Source: Planctomycetota bacterium
GTDB lineage: Bacteria > Planctomycetota > UBA8108 > SXIK01
Assembly: GCA_965223845.1 (NCBI GenBank)
Contig: CBDCXR010000004.1
Span: 3,584,001 to 3,648,000, forward strand
Reading direction: 5' to 3'
Length of the DNA: 64,000 bases
Below the pieces are notes generated by a model. It saw nothing but the letters and a program-made list of their open reading frames with translations. It was not told the DNA's origin and did no database searches. The translations under genes were made by a program, and so were the position numbers. Positions 10,175 to 18,925 of the stretch are shown here, in pieces; position 1 is the first letter of the stretch, and every line of letters begins with the position of its first letter.

Positions 10175-11431
10175 ATGACCAGCCCGCACCAAGTCCGCGC
10201 CGTGTTCTCGCGCTCGATTCCGATCGTCCTCGTCGCCGCGGTGAGCGCACTCGGAGCTGAACCGAACCGCCCGGAAGCGCCGCGATCGCATCCGGGGTGG
10301 AAGGAGCTCTACAACGGGAAGGACCTGAGCGGCTGGCGCCAACTAGGCGGAAAGGCAAACTACCGCGCCGACGGTGATGCCATCGCCGGGACGACCGTCC
10401 CGCGGACGCCGAACAGCTTCTTGTGCACCGAAAAACACTACGGCGATTTCGTTCTCGAGTACGAATTCAAAGTCGACGAGGAGCTCAACTCCGGCGTGCA
10501 GATCCGCAGCAACAGCCTTCCCGACTATCGGGACGGCCGCGTTCACGGCTACCAAGTCGAGATCGATCCCGATACGAAGCGGAACCGGATGTGGACCGCA
10601 GGAATCTACGACGAAGCCCGCCGGGGTTGGCTCAACGATCTCGCGGAAAACGAAGCCGCGCGCCGGGCGTTCCGCCCCGGAGAATGGAATCGCGTGCGCG
10701 TGACGGCGATCGGCGACTCGATCAAGACGTGGCTGAACGGCGTCCCCGCCGCCGATCTCGTCGATTCGATGACGCTGAACGGATTCATCGCGCTGCAGGT
10801 GCACGGGATCGGGAATCGGAAGGGGGGGCCGTTTACCGTGGCGTGGCGAAAGCTCCGCCTGCAGGATTTCGGCCGGCACGAGTGGACGCCGCTCTTCAAC
10901 CGCAAGGATCTCTCGGGATGGAAAGCGACCCCGGGCGGCACGTGGACCGTGGAAGACGGCGTTCTCGTCGGGCGCAGCTCGGCGACCGAATCGAAGCACG
11001 GGATCCTGCTTTCGACCGAGCCGACGGGCGACTTCACGGTGCGATGCACGTTTCGAGTGCTCAAGGGTGACAGTGGCTTCTACTTTCGCTCGGAGCGCGT
11101 GGCGGGCTCGGTAGGAGTGCACGGGTTTCAGGCGGAGCTCGACCTCACTCCGGAGACGGGTGGGCTCTACGAGACCGGCGGGCGCGGCTGGGTTGTCCAG
11201 CCGGACGAGGCCGCGAAGAAACGATCGAGGTACAAGGCGGGTGAATGGGCCGACCTCACCGTGAGCGCTCACGGTAACCGCGTCGTCGTCCACCTCAACG
11301 GAGTTCGCACCGCAGAAATTCGTGACCCGAAGGGACGCCTGCGCGGGCACCTCGGCCTACAACTCCACGGCGGACAAGACATGCACGTAGAGTTCCGCCG
11401 CATCGAACGACTCGAGCGAGCAGCGAAGTGA
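10175..11431 (+). CDS. Secreted protein with two DUF1080 (3-keto-disaccharide hydrolase-like) domains
   Basis: Signal peptide; two repeats of L[YF]N.KDLSGW...[ND]SG...G[YF]Q.E...G.[IL].LQ.H. Confidence 0.88.
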   Translation: MTSPHQVRAVFSRSIPIVLVAAVSALGAEPNRPEAPRSHPGWKELYNGKDLSGWRQLGGKANYRADGDAIAGTTVPRTPNSFLCTEKHYGDFVLEYEFKVDEELNSGVQIRSNSLPDYRDGRVHGYQVEIDPDTKRNRMWTAGIYDEARRGWLNDLAENEAARRAFRPGEWNRVRVTAIGDSIKTWLNGVPAADLVDSMTLNGFIALQVHGIGNRKGGPFTVAWRKLRLQDFGRHEWTPLFNRKDLSGWKATPGGTWTVEDGVLVGRSSATESKHGILLSTEPTGDFTVRCTFRVLKGDSGFYFRSERVAGSVGVHGFQAELDLTPETGGLYETGGRGWVVQPDEAAKKRSRYKAGEWADLTVSAHGNRVVVHLNGVRTAEIRDPKGRLRGHLGLQLHGGQDMHVEFRRIERLERAAK

Positions 11432-11465
11432 GCGCCACCGCGCGCGTCGCCGAGAGGACTGCGGT

Positions 11466-12401
11466 GTGGCGACAGCCGCCCGGCGTCGGGAGAGGGCACT
11501 CGCCGGTTGCGGGACGGCCGGTCGCGTGATCGAGCTTCCCGTCGAGGCGGCCCGGGAAATCTTCGAATTCGCCGCATCGCGCTTCGGCGAACTCGAGCTC
11601 ACGGCGGACGACCTTCGCCGAAACCTGTTCGATGATCCCGGATTCCGTCCGGAGTGGTGCCTCGGACGGTTCGGAGGCGCACGACTCGAAGCCGCCGCCG
11701 TCGCAGTCGAACGGCCCGGCGGTCGTGCGCACCTCAAGATCCTCGAAGCGAGCGCCGGAATCGCCGACCGCGGTCAAGTCTTCGACGAACTCTTCGGACG
11801 CATCGCCGGAGTGGGAATGCGCGTCGTTCGTACCGACGGCGCCGCGCCCGTCTACCTGCGTCCGGGCGCCCCCGCGAGGGATGTCGAGTGGGTCGAATTC
11901 CTGCGCGCTCGTGGATTTCGCTCGTTTGAGCAGACGGAGCGGGTCAGCATGACGGTCGACCTCGCCGCGGTTCCGGACGCGAGCGAGCTCATACGACGAC
12001 TCGCCGCGAGCGGTGTCGAGCTCCGCCGAGCGGCGGGGTCGGCCGTCGACGGCTGGATCGCGGACGTCCGTGACTACGCGAACGAGGACTGGGAGTACGA
12101 GATCCGACACGCGGCGGCGGAACCCGGAGCGTTCGTCGACATCGCGGTCGACTCCGATCGAGTGGTCGGTTTCGCCGTAGGTGCGCTTTGGGCGCGGAAC
12201 GCTTTCGGTCCGCTCGCTGTCCATCCGGACTGGTCCGGACGGAGCGTCGGAACGGCTCTCGCCCAGAGCGTCTGCGGCGAGTTGGCGCGGCAAGGAGTCT
12301 CCACCGGCCTCATCAGTTGGGTCGGCCCCGAGGCGTTCTATCGACGCGCGGTGGGCGCAGTGCCGGCGCATCGTTACCACGCGCTCGAGCTCGCTTGCTG
12401 A
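11466..12401 (+). CDS. GNAT-family N-acetyltransferase (start uncertain)
   Basis: FGPLAVHPDWSGRSVGTAL (motif A) and PEAFYRR; N-terminal half looks like a degenerate second GNAT domain. Confidence 0.7.
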   Translation: MATAARRRERALAGCGTAGRVIELPVEAAREIFEFAASRFGELELTADDLRRNLFDDPGFRPEWCLGRFGGARLEAAAVAVERPGGRAHLKILEASAGIADRGQVFDELFGRIAGVGMRVVRTDGAAPVYLRPGAPARDVEWVEFLRARGFRSFEQTERVSMTVDLAAVPDASELIRRLAASGVELRRAAGSAVDGWIADVRDYANEDWEYEIRHAAAEPGAFVDIAVDSDRVVGFAVGALWARNAFGPLAVHPDWSGRSVGTALAQSVCGELARQGVSTGLISWVGPEAFYRRAVGAVPAHRYHALELAC

Positions 12402-12620
12402 AGTTCGAGCGGCCGGCTCCGATACGGAACTGCGCTCATCGTTTTCGGAAACCGAGGGGGGATTATCCCCCTCGCGCCGAAGAACCGCCCATCGAACTCC
12501 GATACATCGGCGGCCCCGGATTCGACCGGCGTCCGTACGGACGAACGGAGCGCATGCCGGCCGCCTGAACACCCCTCTGAATAGGGCAGACAACCGAGGC
12601 TCCAGACTGAGAGTACGCAT

Positions 12621-13505
12621 ATGAGAGTATGTATTACAGCCTCCGTCCTTTTCGCCATCAGCCTCCTGGTGACGCCGCATCTCGCGGCCGACAACGGCGC
12701 CAAGGGGAACAATCTCCGTTTCGGTGTCTACACCTCGGACAAACCGACGGTGATGTTCCGAAAATTTCGCCCGATCCTCCACACGCTCGAGAAGCGATTG
12801 TCCGAGAAGCGCGGGACTCCGGTGAAGATTCACCTGCGGATCTTCAAATCTTACGAGGCCGGACGAGAAGGCCTCGTCAAAGGGCAAGTCGATTTCGCGC
12901 GCCTCGGTCCAGCCTCGTACGTTCTCGTGAAGGACTCCGCCCCCGAAACATCGATCCTCGCAATCGAAGAGCGCGGAGGGGAGACATCGTTTGACGGAAT
13001 CATCTTCACGTACGAAGGAAGTGGCCTCTCGCGCGTCGAAGACATTGAAGGGAAGAAGTTCGCGTTCGGAGAACAAACCTCGACGATCGGACGCTACCTC
13101 CCGCAGGCGTTTCTCGCGGAGAAGGGGATCTTTGCGCGCGATCTCGAAAGTTTCGACTATCTGGGACGACACGACCGAGTGACCGCAGCAGTCGCCGCGC
13201 GAAAGTTCCACGCTGGGTCGGCGAAAGAAAGTACGTTCAAGAAGCAGAAGGCCGCGGGACTTGTCGAGCTGGCAAGAGTCAAGAACGTCACGAAGCCGTG
13301 GGTCGCCAGTCCGAAGCTCTCGGCCGACTGGAAGCAGAGCCTTCGCGAATCCCTCCTCGAGCTCAAAGAGAAAGATGCGCTACGCGCCCTCGGGAAGAAG
13401 GCGACGGGGTTTCGCGCCGCCGACGACTCCACCTACGATTCGATTCGAAAAGCGATGAAGGCTTCTCTGCTCTTCGGGGACGAGACGGTCGCGTCGAACC
13501 GGTGA
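12621..13505 (+). CDS. PhnD/SsuA-family periplasmic substrate-binding protein
   Basis: Signal peptide; LRFGV, GQVDFARLGPASYV, FAFGEQTSTIGRYLP, GRHD, DSTYDSIR. Confidence 0.85.
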   Translation: MRVCITASVLFAISLLVTPHLAADNGAKGNNLRFGVYTSDKPTVMFRKFRPILHTLEKRLSEKRGTPVKIHLRIFKSYEAGREGLVKGQVDFARLGPASYVLVKDSAPETSILAIEERGGETSFDGIIFTYEGSGLSRVEDIEGKKFAFGEQTSTIGRYLPQAFLAEKGIFARDLESFDYLGRHDRVTAAVAARKFHAGSAKESTFKKQKAAGLVELARVKNVTKPWVASPKLSADWKQSLRESLLELKEKDALRALGKKATGFRAADDSTYDSIRKAMKASLLFGDETVASNR

Positions 13506-13637
13506 CCGAACCTCGCAGGATCTCCAACTCGCCGCACCGGATCCGATCGCATCACGCTGGCCTGGCGACGCGATCTCTACCGAGCGTCGAGTGCGCCGGA
13601 CAGTGGGGAATTGTGCAGTTGTAGTTGGTCTGGCGCG

Positions 13638-16400
13638 ATGAAAAGCCTCGGCCCCAAGCTGATCTCGTACGTGCTGGTCACCCTGTTGGCCGGCTACATC
13701 GGGACCGGAGCGCTCGTCCTCCGAAGCGAACGCGAGATGCTCGAGCAAGACCTCAAGCACGACGGGGTCGCGCTCGCCAGCACCATCGCGGGGATGTGCA
13801 TCGAACCGATTCTCACGGCGGACGCCTCGGTCATCGATACGCACATCCGAACCGTCGTCGACACCAATCGACAGATCCGCTCGATCGAGGTCATCGCCGC
13901 CGACGGCGAGACCCTCACTTCGTACGGCGACCTCGTCCGCGAGGACGAGTTGTCGAAGCGGGTCTACACTCGCCCGGTTTCGGTCACGCTCGACGACGGC
14001 TCCGAAGAAGCCATTGGCAGCGTCCGAATCGCGGTCGACTCCGGCCGTTACGAGCGTCTCACTCAAGCTAGCCTCGAGCGCCTCCTCGTCGGCGGCGCCA
14101 TCTCCTTTGTGCTCCTCGCCCTCGTTCTGTCGATCGTGCTCAAGCAGAGGGTCCTCCGCCGGATCCAGATCCTCGATCGCCAAGTCAGCGAGTACTCCGA
14201 TGACGGACTCGAGCACGCCGTCGAGCTCGAAGGCGACGATGAGCTCAGTCGTCTAGCGGCGACGGTGAACACGATGCGCGTTCAGCTCAAGCAGTCGTAC
14301 GACCGGATCCAGGCCCAGTGCGAGGAGCTCCGTCACCTCGATGTGCTCAAGGACGAGCTGCTCGCCAACACGTCACACGAGCTCAAAACTCCGCTCAACG
14401 GAATCCTCGGGCTCACCGAGATCCTCCTCGAGGAAGACTACGATCAGCGCCCGGACCAGCGTGAGGCGATCGAGGACATCCGCGCCTGCGGCGAGCGCCT
14501 GCTCGACATGACGCTCTCGATCCTCACGTTTAGCCGGCTGAAGCAATCGCCCCGCAGCGAATCGAGGACGCGCGAGCACAATCTCGGCGACCACCTGCGC
14601 GAGTGCCTCGTCGACTTGGCGGCGGTCGCGCAGATTCGCGGCGTAGTGCTTCGCGTCGACGTACCGGACGACTTCACCGCCCAGTACCGCCGGAGCGAGC
14701 TCGAGACGATCGTGCGCATCCTCGTTGACAACGCGCTCAAGTACACGGAGGAAGGTGGCGTCGAGGTCCTCGCGGTGCGTTGGCCCGGTCCCGATCGTCC
14801 CGGGTTTCAGCTCGCCGTGCGAGACACCGGAGTCGGAATTCCGGCCGAACGACGTCACCGGGTCTTCGAACCGTTTATCCGCGGCCAGAGCGACCATCGT
14901 CGATCGGGCGGCGGAATCGGTCTCGGGCTCAGCATCGCCACGAAGACCGCCGCGACCATGCCGGCGCTGCTCGAACTCGAGAGCGAAGTGGGCGAGGGGA
15001 CGTGTTGCACGCTGCTCGTTCCCGAGCTCCGCGAGGGTGAAAGTCCCGCGTCCGTACTCGAAACCGTTTCCGCCGCCAGAGTTCCCTGGCCTGGCCGACC
15101 GTCATTTGCGACGACCGACGGAGAAGAGCCGGCACCGGAGCCTGGGCGAGAAGACCGCGCGCCCCAAGCCGCCGAAGCGAATCCCTCCCACGAGTTTCCC
15201 CGTCCCCGGCGCGCCGTCCTCGTCGTCGACGACGAGGCGGTCAATCGGCACGTGCTCGAGAGAATTCTGCGCGGGAAATACTCGGTCAAGTCCGTCGAGA
15301 GCGGCGAGGAAGCTCTCCGCGTCCTTCACTCCCGCCCCGTCGACGTTCTTCTGCTCGATCTGATGATGCCCGGGCTCTCCGGCTTCGACGTCATCGACCG
15401 GATTCGAGCCGACGGCGACCTCTTGGATACGCGCATCATCGTCGTGAGCGCGAAGGGCTCGGTCGACTCGGCCGTGCGCGCCCTCCAGTCCGGCGCCGCC
15501 GACTACGTTCACAAGCCGGTCCGGCCAAAAGAGCTGATCGCTAGAGTCGAGACGCAGGTGACGTTTCTCGAACAGCGCGACCGCCTCGCGCGCGAGATCG
15601 AGCAGCGAAACTCGGCGCTCGAAGTCGCGCAGCACGCCTGCGCCGTGAAGTCGCAGTTCCTCGACAACATGAGCCACGAGATCCGCACTCCGCTGAACGG
15701 CATCGTCGGATTCGCGCAGCTTCTCGAATCGACCGAGCTCTCGCCGGACCAAGCGCAGTACTTGCATGAGCTGACCCGGTCGGCGGCGGATCTCCTCGAC
15801 CTCATCGAGATGATCCTCGACGTCAGTCGCATCGAATCCCGCGGCCTCGACGTCCGCTACGTCGAAGCTTGCCCGATCCGGCTGTTGCGAACCATCGCCG
15901 AGGAGCATGCTGAACGAGCGAAGTCCTCCGAAGTCGGCGTACAGATACGACTCTCCCCCGCGAGCCGACGATCGTATTGGCTTCCCGAATCCACCATTCG
16001 GGTCGCTCTCGATCACGTCGTCGAAAACGCGGTTCGTTTCGGGAAGGGACAAGATGTCTCCATCGCGGCGGCCGTGGTCGAATCCACCGACAACGGCGAC
16101 GCCGAGCTGCACGTCGAGATCGCGGATTCCGGCATCGGCATCCCCGAGGAAGACCACCGCCGCATCTTCGAGCCGTTCTTTCAGGTAGACTCGAGCGACA
16201 CGCGCGCTTACGGTGGCGCCGGCCTGGGCCTCACGCTCGCGCGCTCGGCGCTCCGAGCGGTCCAAGGAACGATCACCGTCGAGAGCGCCCCGGACGAAGG
16301 CAGCACGTTTCGACTGGTCGTTCCCGTTCTCGCGGCGCCCCCGGAGCAGACGGACACGACGGTTCAGGCGACGACGAGCATCGCGACGTCCTCGTCGTGA
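13638..16400 (+). CDS. Hybrid sensor kinase: TM-periplasmic-TM-HAMP-HisKA/HATPase-REC-HisKA/HATPase
   Basis: H-boxes SHELKTPLNG and SHEIRTPLNG; two G-box sets (DTGVGI...GIGLGL and DSGIGI...GAGLGL); receiver VVDD...LLDLMMPG...K. Confidence 0.92.
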   Translation: MKSLGPKLISYVLVTLLAGYIGTGALVLRSEREMLEQDLKHDGVALASTIAGMCIEPILTADASVIDTHIRTVVDTNRQIRSIEVIAADGETLTSYGDLVREDELSKRVYTRPVSVTLDDGSEEAIGSVRIAVDSGRYERLTQASLERLLVGGAISFVLLALVLSIVLKQRVLRRIQILDRQVSEYSDDGLEHAVELEGDDELSRLAATVNTMRVQLKQSYDRIQAQCEELRHLDVLKDELLANTSHELKTPLNGILGLTEILLEEDYDQRPDQREAIEDIRACGERLLDMTLSILTFSRLKQSPRSESRTREHNLGDHLRECLVDLAAVAQIRGVVLRVDVPDDFTAQYRRSELETIVRILVDNALKYTEEGGVEVLAVRWPGPDRPGFQLAVRDTGVGIPAERRHRVFEPFIRGQSDHRRSGGGIGLGLSIATKTAATMPALLELESEVGEGTCCTLLVPELREGESPASVLETVSAARVPWPGRPSFATTDGEEPAPEPGREDRAPQAAEANPSHEFPRPRRAVLVVDDEAVNRHVLERILRGKYSVKSVESGEEALRVLHSRPVDVLLLDLMMPGLSGFDVIDRIRADGDLLDTRIIVVSAKGSVDSAVRALQSGAADYVHKPVRPKELIARVETQVTFLEQRDRLAREIEQRNSALEVAQHACAVKSQFLDNMSHEIRTPLNGIVGFAQLLESTELSPDQAQYLHELTRSAADLLDLIEMILDVSRIESRGLDVRYVEACPIRLLRTIAEEHAERAKSSEVGVQIRLSPASRRSYWLPESTIRVALDHVVENAVRFGKGQDVSIAAAVVESTDNGDAELHVEIADSGIGIPEEDHRRIFEPFFQVDSSDTRAYGGAGLGLTLARSALRAVQGTITVESAPDEGSTFRLVVPVLAAPPEQTDTTVQATTSIATSSS

Positions 16401-16429
16401 GTCGATCGACCCTGTCCGCTCGAAGCCCG

Positions 16430-16960
16430 ATGACGGATTCCGCGATGCGCAGTGCCGACCCCGGAGACGAGCTCGTCGACCTCATCGATCGCGAGGACCG
16501 CATCATCGGGCGGGCGACGCGCGGAGAAGTACGAACTCAAAACCTGCTCCACCGCGGCGTCGGCATTCTCTGTCTCAACTCCACGGGACAGATCTACGTC
16601 CATCGCCGTACGCACACGAAAGACGTCTTCCCCGGACTCTACGACATGTTCGTGGGGGGCGTCGTGGGCGCGGGCGAGAGCTACGACGACGCGGCACGAC
16701 GCGAAATCGCCGAGGAGCTCGGAATCCGCGGCCCGACGCCGGAGCCTCTCTTTCGCCACCTCTACTGGGGCGACCACAATCGCAGTTGGGTCTCGGTCTA
16801 CCGCGTCACTTGGGACGGCTCGATTCGACACCAGGAATCGGAGGTGGCGTGGGGTGCGTATCTCGATTGGGACGAGCTCCTCGCGAAGATCTCGCAGTGG
16901 CCCTTCGTCCCGGACGGCTTAGAGATCTTCCACGCCTACCGCGACTACCGACAAGCCTGA
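16430..16960 (+). CDS. Nudix hydrolase (YfcD/IDI-1-like)
   Basis: LLHRGV, RRTHTKDVFPG, Nudix box GGVVGAGESYDDAARREIAEELG. Confidence 0.88.
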   Translation: MTDSAMRSADPGDELVDLIDREDRIIGRATRGEVRTQNLLHRGVGILCLNSTGQIYVHRRTHTKDVFPGLYDMFVGGVVGAGESYDDAARREIAEELGIRGPTPEPLFRHLYWGDHNRSWVSVYRVTWDGSIRHQESEVAWGAYLDWDELLAKISQWPFVPDGLEIFHAYRDYRQA

Positions 16961-18696
16961 AAGCAGTCGCTCGTTTGGTCGACGGCAAGCTCGAGCGCGC
17001 CCGGCGCCGCGAGCTCGATTCCGTCGGAGAAGAGGTAGAGGAGAATCCGAATCCCGTCGCTGATCACGAGCACACTGTTGTCGTCCGCGTCGCAAGCGTC
17101 CGGACAGGTGGGCTCGAACCCGGTCGCGCTGAAGAGATACTCGAACACCGCAACCCCGTCCGAGATCTCGACTCGACCGCTCGAATTGCAATCGCCGCGG
17201 AGGAACGGGCGCACCCCGATGCCGCAGTAGGCTCCCGCTTCGAAAGCGCCGATGTCGACAGTCGCCGGCGGCAAGGGGTCGTTCGGTATCCAGGTGCACG
17301 AGGTACGACTGAAGCGACACTCGCCGTCGAAACTCGTCACGTCGAGAACGGCCGCGTTCTCGCCGCGATCGACCGCGTTCGAGCTCTCGCGGAGGTGAAA
17401 GTCGGCCTCATCGGCGCCGGCCGCGAACTCTCGAAACGGTGGAATCGCCGCATCGGCCGGCGCGACATTGTTCCCCACGCCGTCGCGGCTCAGCCGGCTT
17501 CGCGTAAGAAAATTGTGGACGGCGCGGATCTTGGGAAACCTCTCGTTCCAATCCAGGCCCGCCGCCACCTCCAAGTCGAACTCCGACTCGCCACCGGTCT
17601 CCCAGCAGAGGTTGTTGACGAAGCTCCAGCGAAGATCGCTCGCCGCCGCGCCGAGTGCGTCGAGATTGTCGTGGTAGACGACGAAGCCCTCGGTTTGAAC
17701 GATCGTGTTGTTCACGATCGAGATCGAGACTTCATGGTGCGGCCACAGTGACAAGTAACACGCGTTCACCGTCCGCCGAATCACGTTGCCGCTGACTTGC
17801 ACGTCGAGCGTCCCGGCAGCGTCGATTCCCCCGAATCGTTCGGACGCCGTCATCTGTACGGCGCTCGGCGCGCGGTCGAACTCGTTCTGAGCGATGCGCG
17901 CGCTCACGCTCGCGTGGGCGTCGATATGGAGCGCGACTCCGGCTCCGAGTCGCCCCGCGTAGCCATAGGGGATCAGCTCCTCGAAGAGTGACCGCTCGAC
18001 GTCGAGGTCGACACGCGACCCGCGCGCCGCGTCGACGACCACGCCGCCGTACACACGCGCGAAACGGCAGTTGCGTACGCTGACACTCGATTCGCTCCGA
18101 AGGCCCGGCGCAACTCGGACCGCCGGGCCGGCGAGATCGCTGAAGGCGCAACTCTCGAGCTCGACGTTCAGGTGCTGCTCTCCCCACAGGAGGACACCGG
18201 AGAGCCCGTCCCGGAGCGTCAAATCTCTCAGGCGTAGAACGAGGGCGGGATGTTGAGTTTCCGCGACGACGGCGAACACGGCCGGGCCGGAGCCCGGACT
18301 TCGTTCGCCGACGATCGCCGTTCGATCGATCGCCGCCCCGACAATCTCGACTTCGAGAAGCTCGGGCGGAACGAGGATCGGCGCGGCGTCGCGAAACTCC
18401 CCCTCGGCGACGAGCACGCGCACGGGTCTCGATCCCGTTTCTTCAGCGAAGTAGAGCGCTCGCTGAATCGAACCGAACGGACTCCCCACGGAGCCGTCGG
18501 CGGATTCGTCGTCCCCATTCGGAGAGACGCGCAATTCCACAAACGGCGCGACGTCTTCGCCGCCGAAGGTCGACTGCAACGGCGCGATGCTCGCGCCTGC
18601 GAGGAGTGCGGCGAGCGTGAAGCCGAACACGGGGGCATTCGCCACTCGGGCGGCCGCGCGCAGCGCCACGCCATTCGTCGAAGAGCGCGCCTTCAT
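16945..18696 (-). CDS. Secreted beta-helix (DUF1565/pectin-lyase-fold-like) protein with C-terminal dockerin-like domain
   Basis: VSPNGDD...GS...PFGSIQRAL...GEF start of beta-helix; NNTI; DFHL...DRG...DIGAFE; C-terminal FLRGDCN...YLF duplicated unit. Confidence 0.75.
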   Translation of the reverse strand: MKARSSTNGVALRAAARVANAPVFGFTLAALLAGASIAPLQSTFGGEDVAPFVELRVSPNGDDESADGSVGSPFGSIQRALYFAEETGSRPVRVLVAEGEFRDAAPILVPPELLEVEIVGAAIDRTAIVGERSPGSGPAVFAVVAETQHPALVLRLRDLTLRDGLSGVLLWGEQHLNVELESCAFSDLAGPAVRVAPGLRSESSVSVRNCRFARVYGGVVVDAARGSRVDLDVERSLFEELIPYGYAGRLGAGVALHIDAHASVSARIAQNEFDRAPSAVQMTASERFGGIDAAGTLDVQVSGNVIRRTVNACYLSLWPHHEVSISIVNNTIVQTEGFVVYHDNLDALGAAASDLRWSFVNNLCWETGGESEFDLEVAAGLDWNERFPKIRAVHNFLTRSRLSRDGVGNNVAPADAAIPPFREFAAGADEADFHLRESSNAVDRGENAAVLDVTSFDGECRFSRTSCTWIPNDPLPPATVDIGAFEAGAYCGIGVRPFLRGDCNSSGRVEISDGVAVFEYLFSATGFEPTCPDACDADDNSVLVISDGIRILLYLFSDGIELAAPGALELAVDQTSDCFQACR

Positions 18697-18925
18697 CCTC
18701 TCGTACCTCTCGCCTCGCGATGCGGACGGAGCTCGGTCTCACCGAAGCGCGCCGAGTGATCGTCCCGTGCGGACATCTCCCCCGGTCGCGGCGGCGAACG
18801 ATAGCGTGACGATAGTCGAATACTTGACAGTAGTCAAGTAACGCTCGAAACGTGGCCGGAGACGAGAGGGCAGCGACAGCTCCTCAGCGGAGGCGATGCG
18901 CGGCTGGCCGCCACGGCGTAGCGGA

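Noticed and set aside
11295-13211. 638-aa minus-strand ORF
   Set aside because: Antisense to the GNAT and binding-protein genes; no recognisable domain.
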